Source of the DNA: the human T2T-CHM13v2.0 reference genome, Homo sapiens
Direction: 5' to 3' (one strand)
NCBI RefSeq assembly: GCF_009914755.1
Contig: NC_060947.1
DNA: 64,000 bases
Within the stretch, counting starts at the first letter, position 1, and the number at the start of each line of letters is the position of its first letter. The notes beneath the pieces were generated by a model. That model did no database searches, had not been told where the DNA came from, and worked only from the letters and a program-made list of their open reading frames with translations. A program made the position numbers and the translations under genes. Positions 29,884-49,679 of the stretch are shown in pieces.

Positions 29884-30192
29884 GGCCAGGTGCGGTGGCT
29901 CGTGCCTATAATCCCAGCACTTTGGGAGGCTGAGGCAGGTGGATCACATGAGGCCAGGAGTTCAAGCCCAGCCTGGCCAGTATGGCGAAACCCGGTCTCT
30001 ACTAAAAATACAAAATTTCACTGGGCGTGGTGGTGCACATCTGTAATCCCAGCTACTCGAGAGGCTGAGGTACGAGAATTGCTTGAATCGGGAGGCAGAG
30101 GTTGCAGTAAGCCGAGATTGTGCTACTGCACTCCAGTCTGGGTGACAGAGTGAGACTCCGTTTCACACCCACACACACACACACACACACAC
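29884..30192 (+). mobile_element. Alu with (CA)n microsatellite tail
   Basis: Alu consensus followed by a (CA)n tract at about 30165-30192. Confidence 0.93.
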
Positions 30193-31829
30193 AAAATTAA
30201 ATATAATTGAACATCTGTAAAAACCTAACATTTAGGGATAATTATGGCTGAGTGCAGAGAATCAGTTAGAGGTTCAAAATTATTATGACCATTTACCTCT
30301 GCAACGAGGTAAACATAACAAGGAGTTCCCTTATAAAATGGGAGCATAATCCCAATATTTTTGGTCTCTAATAGTCATTGAAAGAAGTGAGGTTCTCAAA
30401 ATCTGAATGCCTCACAACATCTTTCTGAACAGTTCCTTAGTATATGTCTAGCCAGGAGGCACAATTGCTTTGATTTCAAATGTGAATAATCAATTCACAG
30501 TTGAATGATTATTACTCCAGCAAAACAGCATCAGAAGAAAAGTTGAGGGAGTGGATACACTTGAAACGAAAAGCATAGCATGTTGCTAATTTTTGAATCT
30601 GTATGGTGGGTACATGAGGATTCATCATATTGCCCTGTGTATTTTTTATCATGTTTGAAATAGTCCATAACAAAAAAAAGAAGAAATAAATGTAAGTATA
30701 CAGTAATTTTACTTGATTTTATTGTCACTTAAATGATCCTGGCCTATAAATACCTAGGTATCATATATAAGCGAGTATTTTTATTTCAGTCAACAAACAT
30801 TCATTGAATACATATCATGGGACTCACTTTATGGCATATTGCAAGAAGACCTGTGTCTTTAGAAAAGAAAGTGATGCTCTAGTCTACATCAGACACAAAG
30901 AAATGGCTCTTAGCACCTTCCACTCTCCTACCCTACTTCCCATCGCGGTTACCTAGAGATTTTCAAGGACAGTGAACATATCTCATAATTCAATTCCAAC
31001 TTAACTATTGATCCGTGAAAAGTTAAGTGTCAACAAGTCGGTTACCCAGGTAGCAATTTCCAGGAGAGCAGGTAGTTTCTTGTCAGAAAAATGAAAGCCT
31101 GGATCTTATAGAATTAATTGACCTCAGAAAAGATCAAGAAAGTGTAGCAGGATCTTGAGACAGCAGGAATTTCATTCCCGAAATGAAATGTAATTAGTTA
31201 TTTTTCTATCTGTTTTTGGTTATAAGCAGGGGTCTCTGATTCCATTATTTTTATGGCAATTTGATAATCTACTTGTTAATAAAATTATATAGGAAAATTT
31301 TTACATAGCAAAGAAGTAACCATTTTACTTTATTTTCATTTCATTAGCATTAAATTAGATATGTTGTAATGTTTAGAAATATAACCATACTATTGTACAT
31401 TAACTATGTAATTTCAACTTCATTCAGTTTGTTTACTGGAAGGAAGCAGATGCTTACAGTTTAGTCAGCAGGAGTACCTGCTTTGTAAGAATTAATAGGT
31501 TATATTTGATAACCACAAAAGAAGAATTGATCTCAAATAGTCACTGATGAGTTGGTTAACACTGTTATTTATATATACTTTTTAGTTTAATCCCTTGTAT
31601 AATTACACAATCTTAAGTGACTTGGTTTTATGGCTATCTTGCTCAGAATCAAGGTTTTAACCTAATGCAGGGTTGTAAACTCAAAATCTTTTCAGAGGTC
31701 AAGAAGGTAATGTAATGAGTGTGGCAGGCCACCTGAAACATTTTGGAGTGTTGGAAGTTGTAGCAATCCCCTCCATAATCTCATTTCATGCATTCTACTC
31801 TATTGCCACTACCTCCTATTTTTCTAGCT

Positions 31830-33130
31830 CATTTTTTTCTATACCTTACCTCCAATAATCTATTGATTCCACCCAACCATCTTTCTCATTGATCTCACAT
31901 GTTTTCCACTGTACCTTGTTCTCTTCCCATCTAGCATAGTTCCAATTCAGTGGATCAATCATTATAATCACTCCCATATACACCCTCTTGATTCTCTTAA
32001 CCCTTTCTCCCTTCATCTTACTCGCTTGTGAAAACCACAACACTGTTTAAACCTAACTGTCCATCTATACTATGCCTGCATCCTTGCAGCTAAACTTGGC
32101 TGAAGGAAAATATATAATAATGTTGACTGGTTTCACATTAAATTCATTGTCATGGACCTCAAATTGACCTTTAATGCTACCAGGTAGTTTTATTTTATAT
32201 TCTTAGACCATTCAGTCTCCCATCTGCCTAGATGACTATTTTATATCATCTCCACTCCTCAGATCTCCAATATCTCCTCCCCCTTGCTTCCAGTTTCACA
32301 GAGAAAAAAAATGTAGTCAGGAAAAAAACTTCCACTACATCTGCCCACCTACTGGCATCTATACCTACATATTCTGCCTTCCAGCCTGTTACCACAGATG
32401 AACTGGCCTTGCTTCTATGTAAGGCAAGTCACTTCATGTGTACACCAGATTCTATCCCTATTTGCTTACCCAAGAACATCACCTGAGCAATTCTCCTCTC
32501 TCTCTCCCATATCATGAAATTTTCTATTTCTACTGGATCATTTCCATCAGCATGTATACAGATCAGTATTTATGCCATCTAAAAAAAATCCTCTCTACTC
32601 CACTTTCCTGACAGCCACTATTCCCGGTTTCTTGCTCCCATTTGGAAAAAGCTACTTTAAAGAATTATCTGGTTATGGTATCATGGTTGTTTATATAAGT
32701 CCAAACCCTTCAAACTGTACCCATTAAATATATGCAGTTATTTGTGTATCAATTATATCTCAATAAAACTATTTATAAAAAAAGTGTTGTCTGCATTCAG
32801 TTTTGAGTTCCTCTCCACTTATTCTCTAGTAAACCCATTCCAATCAAAATTTTACCTTCAAACTCTTCCAAACCTGCTCTTATAAAAGTGTCCAATGACC
32901 ACAACAATACTAAATCCAATGGGCATGCCAGTTTTCAGTTCTCCTATTACTTGACCTGTAATGTCATGTGGCATAGTTGATCACTCCCTTCTTTTTGATA
33001 ATGCATTCTTTACCTGACTTCCAGAGAATAGTACTCTCTTGGCTTTCCTCATACTCTATCAGTTACTCTTTCATAAGTTCTTTTCCTGGCTCCTGGTATT
33101 CTTTCTGACCCCTTAATGTTAGAAGGCACT
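31830..33130. mobile_element. L2 LINE remnant
   Basis: ccaatgaccacaacaatactaaatccaatgg...gttgatcactcccttctttttga L2 motifs. Confidence 0.7.
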
Positions 33131-34169
33131 AGGGATATAGGCCCAACATTGCCAGTTTTTCTGATGTTTTGAAAGCTGAATAATTGTGTGAAATTTCTCA
33201 ATTTTTAAATTTATGGGATCCTCCTGCCCAAAAAAGCCCATACTCAGATTCAACCATTGAACTCAGTTCTCATACTCTAAACTAATAGGTTCTGACTCCA
33301 ACATTAACCTAGAGAGCGATGGTATAGTCATCTTAAAGTAGGACTGCAGCAGGTTTTATCTGTATCAAAGTGAAGCAGGAAAATCAACACTCCAATGGCA
33401 AGATAGATTAAAGGAAACCCGCCACTCTCCCTAGAGTACATTTGAGCATTCAGTAGTAGAGTCATATGGTGTCCCTTTATGTGGCAACTGGCCCAATTCC
33501 AGCTTAATCCCTTGTGTGGCTATTGGAGTCTTCAAAAAATGCACTGATCAGTATAGGGGTCCTTATTGCTAGCTACGGTGTACTGAAATAGGTATTCTAT
33601 CAAGAGGATTCTATTGCTATAAAGTGCTGCTTCTCCTCCACCTTCCTTCCTGTCAATGATCAAACAGCAACTCTTTAAAAGGGCAGAGGACTGAAGATGT
33701 GCAATAACTCTAGTCCCAGGCATGAAAAGTAACTTCAGTGAAAATATCCATTCAATGCTTATATGGACTAATATTGTGCCTATCACTATGGCGAACCCAA
33801 GAGAAAATTATGACACAGCATCTGCCTTTTAGCAGTTACTAAAGGAGGAATTACTAAGAGTTACTGAACTAGCTAGGACTCTTCTATACCTAACACTGTG
33901 GTGCAATCTTCTATATTACTATTAATACTACTGTGTCCTATTAGGAGTATGGTTTCTGGAGCTGGACTGCTTGGAGTCAAATCTCAGTTTTATTACTTAC
34001 GAATTGTGTGACCTTGAGCAATTTATATGACTACTCAGGTTCAACCAGGGGACTCACAGTTTGCAAACTCTGAACTATTGGTTCTGACTCCAACATTAGC
34101 CTAGGGAGTGATGGTATATTATGGCTGTGTGACCTTTGCCTTGCTTTTCCTCACATGGAAAATAAAGAC

Positions 34170-35400
<1,231 letters not shown>

Positions 35401-38400
35401 AGATCATAGTACCTACCTCAGAGAATGTTGATGAGCACTTATCACCAATACTGACATAGAGTAAGCACTCCATACATTATCTCTTATTTCTACTTTTACT
35501 ACCACCACCACTGCTACTACTAGCTATAATTTTTTAGCTTTTATTATATGAAAGTATTGTGCTAATCCTTAGAATAATTCAGGAGGTAGGTCATATTATT
35601 GAAGATGATAAAACTGATACTTAGAGAAGTGAAGAACTTGCCCAAGGACACATGGGTAGTAAATGATGGAGCTGGGATTTGGAAAGGTTTGACTCCAGAG
35701 CTCATACACATTATCAGTTTTCTCTACTGTCTTCTCAATTATTATCTGTTTTCACTGTTCTTTATAGTAATCTGTATTTGTATATTACAACAAATGAGAT
35801 ATGGTTATTTACATTAATTCTTGCCTATATAAAGTTCTGTGCTTCTGTGTGTTTTTAGTTTCATCAGTGAACATTATTGTCTGGTGATGAGGATAGAATT
35901 TTATTGATTAAAGATGGATAATAGAAGGCAATGAAATAGAGATTCCAAGTTCATGAAAAGTGATGATTAAGTTAAAGCAAGAATTTTCAGAGAACTAGTC
36001 TTCTTGTTTTACCAAGTTTAAAATCCTTTGTGATCACTTTTCAGTTTACATATGCAGAAGTGCTTAAAAGTTGTTTTCCACCAAAGAATAGAGATGAATT
36101 TTGAAGCATATATATCCTTAAATGGCTCTTTTTGTCTGTTTACTCTGACTTCAAAACCTCTAATATATAAGACTCGTGATGAATCAATTAGAGAAACATA
36201 TACATCAGTATATGACAAAGTGCTAGAATGAATATAATCAGGTGTCATAAATGTATGGTTATCTTTTTCAAAAACTCATTGCATGACACTACTTCCCTCC
36301 ATTCACCTTAAAGTTGAAAATGTTCATGGTGGAACACAAATGAGATCTCATTCCTTCCTAACTACAGTTTTGTTTTGTTTTTGTTTGTTTTTAATAAAAG
36401 CGATGTTTTTCAGCCAATATCCTTTTAGGTCTCAGGTATTTATTATTCATTAAACAAATATTTATTGAGTACCTCCTGTACAGAGGGTACTAAAAAAAAA
36501 GCAAAAGTGAATGATAGGGCTCCTGACTTATAACAAATTAAAAGGGGAATTAGGACATGTATACAAATCACAATCAAACAAGCATAACTCCCATGTGGTT
36601 CATCATTAAATTGTATCCTAGAAAACATAGTCTAGCAACTAAACATATTTTTTAAAGTCTGAGGATAGATTTAACGTAGTCCCTTGAAAAATATCAAAGG
36701 TAAGCCCATTTGTAACCCACAGCAACAAAAATCATTGTTTGACATTACTATCACTCCTAGTATCTCTTGTATGTTTCAGCTGCCCAGAAACCTCTCTCAT
36801 TGCTCCTCTTGTTACCTGCTAAAAAACTCTTCCTGGAATGCATCCCCTATAAGTTTCTTCTCTTTTTGCCCTTTCTCATCCTCTAGCACTTTTTTCCTTT
36901 CAAGAAGCTCTTTTTTGCCCTTTCCAATGTAATTTAATTAAACTAGCAGTGCTTCTTGCAATTCTTCAGCTCTTTCTGCCCATTACTCCTATTCTGCACA
37001 ATAAAATCTCAGGAACTAACCTGCCATACCAAGGATCTTTGTAAAAGTTGTTGCATTTAAAAAGACCAATGCAGTGAAAAAGAGAATTATGTTTAGAAGG
37101 CAAGAAGAAGGGAAAAGCTGCAAACACTTAACTTGATGGCTTTTATTCCATCATACATGAGGGAAAGTGATACGTGCTATAGGAAAGATAAAGTAATAGT
37201 ACAGTAAAAAGTAGGAAAAATAGCTTTTGTCTTATAGAATCGTGCTTGCTTCAGATGGCTCTTGAGGATCTAAACAGGTGGTGATAGTAGAGGTCTTCCC
37301 AGGCAGATAAAACAATGTCCCAGGGCAAGGAGGTAGTAAAACATGGGCCATGCACAGGGAAAAACAGGGAGGTAAATTTGGTCGGAACCTGGATTTATCG
37401 AGGCGTTTTTTTCTGAGTATGAACCTAACAATAATACTTGCTTTATGAAGGTTTCAGATGTTTTTGAAACATGAGATTTTAGACATTGAGCAATTCTTAG
37501 AAAAGAAGCTAAAAGACTCAACTAATGAGCACCTTAACTTGCAGTCAGGTAATAAGGCACGTTTTTTGCAGATGATGTTTCCACAGAGAAAATGTATATT
37601 TAAAGGAGGCAAATTCCCTTCTATGACCTGACCTTCATTAAAGAAAGGCAGTGCTGCTGACTAAAGCGTTGTTAGTCTTAGCATGTACTCCAACCAGTTT
37701 TCTCACAGGTGTTGATAAATTCACATGGAACCATCCCCACTCTCTCACCACACCGAAGAGTGATCCACCTTGGTAGGATGGCTCATTAATATTCGATGGG
37801 TATAGTCTGTATCTATAAATATGAGACAGAGAAAAGCTAAGTGAGAGGGGTAATGTATATTTCCACCTTGGGGCCTTGATCACATTCAAGCAAGACCCAA
37901 GCCAATACAAATCTACACACTCGTTTCCAGACCAGATCTCACTCTTCAACACTAAGGCAATATACACTTACCTGAGTATAGAGATATAGTATATACATTT
38001 TTAATTTTTTATTCCTGTTACCCTGATCCCATCAGTGCCTTCCCTTTACTTCCTACAAGGAAAGTGGCTTGACCATGTTTCATATTTACATTATTATCTT
38101 TTACTCTTGAGCAAGAGATCTCTCCTCCTTTTAAGCTCAATCTAAAGCTTGCCACTTAAGCACCATGCACACTGTCCACACACAGGGCAGCCTTTCCATA
38201 CATACTGATTGTTGACTTATTGGCTGAAACCCTCAGATCAGTAGGGTCCAGACGTTTTCATTTTGCTCACATGAATCTTTTTTTAGTATATTGTTTTACC
38301 AATAGAAATAGATGACAGGAAGGCAATTTTACGAGGTGACAGTCCAAATAATAATATTGGCAACGCCAGTATTTTACAGCAGGGTACAAAGTCACAGAAA

Positions 38401-39689
38401 ATTCTGATTTTTAAGCATTTAGGGAAGCTTCTATATTAGGTAATGTCACTATATACACACTCTGCTCAAATTTTGACTTTGATCCCACATGACATGAAAC
38501 AAAGATAAAAAAAATCACTGCTGTTTCTAAATAAAATATAGTTTAATTTTACTTTCCATTATTTTAGAGACAGGTATAGCCAAGTTTGACTTCCTGGCAT
38601 GTGGATGGGTGATCAGAAAAAAAGAGGTAAATGAAGGCTTCCCTGGTTTTTGCCTTTCACCACTTCACTTGTTGTTATCTCAAATGGCAAGCCCAGAGAG
38701 GACCATTACAGCTTTTCTAGAGGTAAAACTCACTGTTTTTGACCAAGGCATTGGTCCCCATGAAATATCCATCCCCTTCCCTCACCCATCAGAGCTGGGC
38801 CTTTCTCCCAGCAGCATTGTTTTTAAAGCTGTCTTCCTCTGTAACTGCCCATCTCACTAAGCATGCTTACTCAAGGGCTCAAAGGTCAGGTCAGATTGCT
38901 TCTGCTGGGTTTGTAGAGGATATTCAGTGATGGAAGTAGAATTAATTTTTATGTATTAAAACCTTTCCTCTGGACTTACAGAGAAAAAAACTTTAATAGG
39001 CATAACACAGGAAATCATGAAAATGTTAATATCTTTCCATAATCCTGCCAAATATAAAACCCAAATCCAAGCAAACTGATTTAATGTTTTACTGAAAAAA
39101 AAAGTTATGAAAACAATTTGTACGACCAGAGAGATAAGTGTCTGGTTCCCTTCCTGGAATTATTCACCTTCCTTTCTAGTGCCCCCTCCTAGGGTCCCAC
39201 TGCTCTCCCCTTTGATTTTCTTTCAGTTGGGCCCTACCCCAATCGTGTTTTTTATGCAGCTTGATGATCCTTTCCTCCCCCTCCTCCAGTCTCCACCCCA
39301 TCCCCTAAGTTATTCCTAAAGGTACCACTGTCCCACCACCACCCTGACCTTATAGGTCCTTACTAACCCTCAGGTGCCTTGTCTAACAGACACAAAGGCA
39401 GGAAACCCCTTGGGTTCCCACCCCCTTACCACACAGTGTCTGCTCTCCTTTTCCCTTCTGTTCCAGAGGAAGAAGTGGCCTTTCCAAACCCATCCACCTA
39501 GTAAATTAACTTCTTTATATTGTTTTGTATTTCTGTGAACATTTAATTACTTTACTGTCACAAAACACAAGAATATAAAGAAGTAAAGGCCCTCTATCTC
39601 ATGCCCCCTACTCTACCTCACTCCACCCTATACCCTAATGTCCCACTGCCTACCATCATTTGACCCCTGAGCCTACCCTCCCTAGGTTA

Positions 39690-39912
39690 CTCATAATGAT
39701 TTTGCCCTCTAGTGGACATTCGGCAATATCTGGAGAGATTTTTCGTTGTCACAATTTGGGTGGGGTGGGAAATGTACACTACTACTGGGCATCCAGTTAG
39801 TTGAGGCTAGGGATTTTGCTAAACAACCTACAATGCACAGGATGGCCCCCAGAAATAAAAAAGCATATGGCCCCAAATGTCAAGCATGCCAATATTGGGA
39901 AACCCTGCCCTA
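39690..39912. mobile_element. MER20 hAT DNA transposon with CTCF-like motif
   Basis: gattttgccctctagtggacattcggcaatatctggagagatttt...gggaaaccctgccctag. Confidence 0.75.
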
Positions 39913-40289
39913 GAAGGATATAGACAAGCCCGAGAACATTTTTGACGAGTACAAACTCTTTAATAACTAGTTAGGGAACTGGCCCCAAGTCCTGAATGAC
40001 TGTCATAGATTCAACAGGAAACAAACTAATGTCACATCTAGCTGCTGCAGAGATGTCCCAGGGCCATGACAGCTTCTTAGTCACTAGGTCCACATGCCCC
40101 AGGTGATGTCCAAGGCTCCTCCATTTGTGTCTCAATCTGGTTCAGGTCTAACTCCTCTCCATCCTTCCACCTGTTAGCTAAAACATACATGTACCCCCGA
40201 TCAACACAGCTTACAGTCATCAAAGGGATAGAAGGAGACCAACCTGCCACCCACCTTTTGACCCCACCCACTCCTATCCTCCCCCACCT

Positions 40290-40935
40290 CACCCCTCCCT
40301 CTGAAAGTTGATTTCCCACTGGGATATGTTTCTGTTCTGTTTCACATTTCTAAATTCACTAAGAGCTTTGTAGCTAGATTTTCCTCCTACATTTATCATG
40401 GTGGTGGGTTGGAAGAGAAATTCCCTCAGGATGATGGCATCGTGCTTTTGCCCATGGTCTAAACCAGGAAACCCTCTGAGCACTATCAGTTGCTGACTCA
40501 CCTCCTTGGCAGTGGCAGGAGTTCTCTGTTCAAATCTGACTGTCCCTGGTTCTGCTCACTTGGGATTGAGGAGGATTCTGCTGTCATGAGAGCTGTAGAG
40601 TCATAGCAGTCCTCGCCTGGAGCTGGTGCTGGCATCCTCTGTATGTAGCCCTGAAGGATTCCCTCAGGAGGAGCAAAGCACTGCCATGTCGATTTGAGTC
40701 AATCATAAACCTGGGGTTAACCCCAGGCCTGTTTTGATTGTTTGTCATGATATAACTCACTCAGATCATGAATGAACTTTCTATCCAGTTCATTCCTAGA
40801 GACTCCTGGAATGCAGGAATCTCCACTACTCACCATACCCTGATGCAACTCCCCAGCTGGTTCGAACATATTATTTGATGGTCTCTTATTTGCAACTGCT
40901 CTCCTGGTACCAATTTCTGACATAAAAATAATCTG
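40290..40935 (-). pseudogene. 3' part of a decayed gene ending in a paralogous copy of the TEX13A zinc-finger tail and 3'UTR
   Basis: 40290-40392 aligns to TEX13A 48161-48260. It translates ...CRRKI*LQSS** versus TEX13A CGKGIWLQKPH*. Confidence 0.7.
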
Positions 40936-40937
40936 AT

Positions 40938-47364
<6,427 letters not shown>

Positions 47365-47376
47365 AAAAAAAATCTG

Positions 47377-47780
47377 TCCACCCACTCAAGTTAGCTAAAG
47401 AAAAGAGGTTCTGTGTAAAGGGGATTTTCATGTAGCACAACTGTAGGAAGTGAAAAGTGGTTGTGCTGCTGCTCTCTCCATCTCTCTGGAGTCACAGGAT
47501 GATTCCTCTGTGCCTGTCTGCTCCCTGGAACCACGTACTAGTGACTCCCAAAGACACTTGCCTCTGGAAAGCACCCAGTTCTATTCCTCCACAGCCAGGG
47601 CCAAGCCTCAGCAGTGGCCTCAGCAACCATGGCTCCGGTCCTGGCCCCAACTCCAAGTGGCCTACAGCTTCATTGCTCAACATCATGGAATCGGCCTCTC
47701 TGTTCAGAGTGTCTAGCATGAAAAATCCATTTGGCTCTGGATGGGCCAAATATCCACTCCTGCTCCAATCATCTAAGGCC
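47377..47780 (-). pseudogene. 5' part of the same decayed gene, upstream of the L1 insertion; SIX/ANHX-like homeobox motifs
   Basis: Removing the L1 and one target-site copy gives DGESSSTTTFHFLQLCYMKIPFTQNLFSLANLSGWTDYFYVRNWYQESSCK. Confidence 0.45.
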
Positions 47781-48223
47781 TAGATGCGAGTAGAGGGTGG
47801 GGTGTTATACACATGGTTGCCTCTTTTACCAGACACTAGGGCAGGGAGAGAGCGAGCGAGACATACACAAATAAAAGCTGCAGCACTTCTGGGGTATTGA
47901 GTGCAAGTGCTCTGGAATACAAAGGGGGTCACCAAAACATGTCTGTCTCCATGTGTCTCTCTCTCCCCACCCCAATCTATACCTCCCCTGGCCACCACCC
48001 CACTTCTACACCTCTTTCACAACCCCTACTTTCCTCCCCCTCCTCCAGTCACCACCCCTATCTCTGAAGTTATTCGTAAAGGTACCATTGTCTCACCTCC
48101 TTCCCCCACTCTTCCCAGCCTTCTTCCCCTACCACCCCGGCCCCCGCCACCACAAGCCTGCCCTCTGAAAATTAATTCGCCATCGAGATATACATGCTTC
48201 GGTTCTATTTTGCATTTCTGCAC

Positions 48224-49018
48224 TCAATGAGGTTTTTGCAGCCAGATTCCCTTCCCACAGTCGAAGCAAGTATCCCTCCGTGAAAAATTCACAGCGTTAC
48301 ACCAAGGGCAGTCCCAGTCCCCTGGCCTGCGATATACTGGAGGTCTTTGCTGATGAGGTTCGGAGTATCTCCTGTCTCTTGGGTGCTCCTGATGGTCTAT
48401 TCTGTGGGGCCCCCCATCAGACCACAGGCTAGTATCAAAGGCCTCCCAGTCGGAAGGCAGCTGAGGCGGAACTGGTGCTGTGACTGTTGCTTGTGGAGGG
48501 GATATAGTGGGTATGTCTGAGAAGGAGGAAAAAGGGCTTGAGTATGAGTATGAGTATGAGGCAGGGAGCTGGACAGGAAGAGGTTCTGATGAGGCTCTGG
48601 ACCAGGGGTTCGTGGTTCCAGAGAAATAAGATGTGGCTGTTTCGACCGACCGGAGATCTCCCTCCTTCTGCCCCCAATAGGTGTACTTTTCCTGATCAGC
48701 ATCTCCAAGGAGCTGCAGGAGGATTCTCTCCAGCTTCTCTGTGGTCTCCATGGAGGCAGCCCTGGCCTCCACGTGGGGGAACTGGGTCTCCATGGGGGCA
48801 GCCCCAGCCTCCACAGGGGGAGCCATGGCCTCCACAGGGGCAGCCACAACCTCCACATCCCTCTGCTCTTCTTCTGCTCCTTTTCCTCCAGCAGCACCAG
48901 CAGCAGCCACCGCCGCCTCTTCTTCCTCCTCAGCTGCTCCTTCTGTGCAAACCCCTCCGGCAGTGGCCAGGCCTGGCCACCCTGCCCCCTGCTCCCACTC
49001 ATGGGGAGACACCAGCTC
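48224..49018 (-). CDS. TEX13A: TEX13A coding exon 2 (Ala/Glu-rich linker, RanBP2-type zinc finger, stop)
   Basis: Acceptor cttctctccag|GAG; ELVSPHEWEQ...RPGDWDCPWCNAVNFSRRDTCFDCGKGIWLQKPH*. Spliced product is 145+264 = 409 aa. Confidence 0.96.
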   Translation of the reverse strand, partial: ELVSPHEWEQGAGWPGLATAGGVCTEGAAEEEEEAAVAAAGAAGGKGAEEEQRDVEVVAAPVEAMAPPVEAGAAPMETQFPHVEARAASMETTEKLERILLQLLGDADQEKYTYWGQKEGDLRSVETATSYFSGTTNPWSRASSEPLPVQLPASYSYSYSSPFSSFSDIPTISPPQATVTAPVPPQLPSDWEAFDTSLWSDGGPHRIDHQEHPRDRRYSEPHQQRPPVYRRPGDWDCPWCNAVNFSRRDTCFDCGKGIWLQKPH

Positions 49019-49222
49019 CTGGAGAGAAGTGGGCAGGGCTGAGGTGTGTTCTGGGGGCAAGGCGGGAGCACTAAGCAGGGTAGGACGGAGCTACCAGGTG
49101 GGAAGGGCGGGGCAGGGCGAAGCCATGGAGCAGGGTGGAGAGGGGTGGGAATGGGGCAGGGCAGTGGTACTGGGCAGGGACCAGTTGAGGGATCTTACTG
49201 CATGGAGCGGCTTCCAACTCAC

Positions 49223-49657
49223 CTTGTCTCTCTCTTTCTGCACCTCCACGAGGCTGGTCTGGGCCATTCTTAGCCGGGAGGCCGCCTCCTTGCGTTCCGT
49301 CTCCTGCTGCTCCCTGAGCTTCTTCAGGTCTGATGCCAAGGCCTGTGCGGCTGATTTGTGCAGTTTGGCGAAGCCGTGCAGCCACCGCACCCTGTGCCTT
49401 TGTAGCTGTGCCTGCCTGTGGGCAAAGCGCACTCCCAAGGCCAGGCTGCCCCAGGTGCAGGCCTCTTTGACCTCACTGGGCACCTCGCTGTCCTCCAGTA
49501 TGGCCCTCAGCTTGTCTTCCACCTTCTCCCAGGATAAGGATATATTCTCAAGATAGAACTCGGGGCCTTTCGTGTGCCTGGCCATTTTCTCGTTGATGAA
49601 GGCCACCACGTTGCTATGCCGGAACCCGCTACTGGGGTCCTCAGGTCTCAAGGCCAT
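49223..49657 (-). CDS. TEX13A: TEX13A coding exon 1 (TEX13 domain, 145 codons)
   Basis: ATG at 49657; MALRPEDPSSGFRHSNVVAFINEKMARHTKGPEFY...EVQKERDK; donor AAG|gtgagt at 49222. Confidence 0.96.
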
Positions 49658-49679
49658 GATCGCCTAGGGGTTTAACGGT

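Noticed and set aside
49091-49198. Read-through tail of the 188-aa TEX13A ORF and the N-terminal extension of the 278-aa ORF
   Set aside because: These are intron sequence between canonical donor and acceptor sites; splicing gives the known 409-aa protein.
48741-49556. 271-aa + strand ORF, and 48538-49074 (178 aa)
   Set aside because: Antisense shadows of the GC-rich TEX13A coding sequence; low-complexity products.
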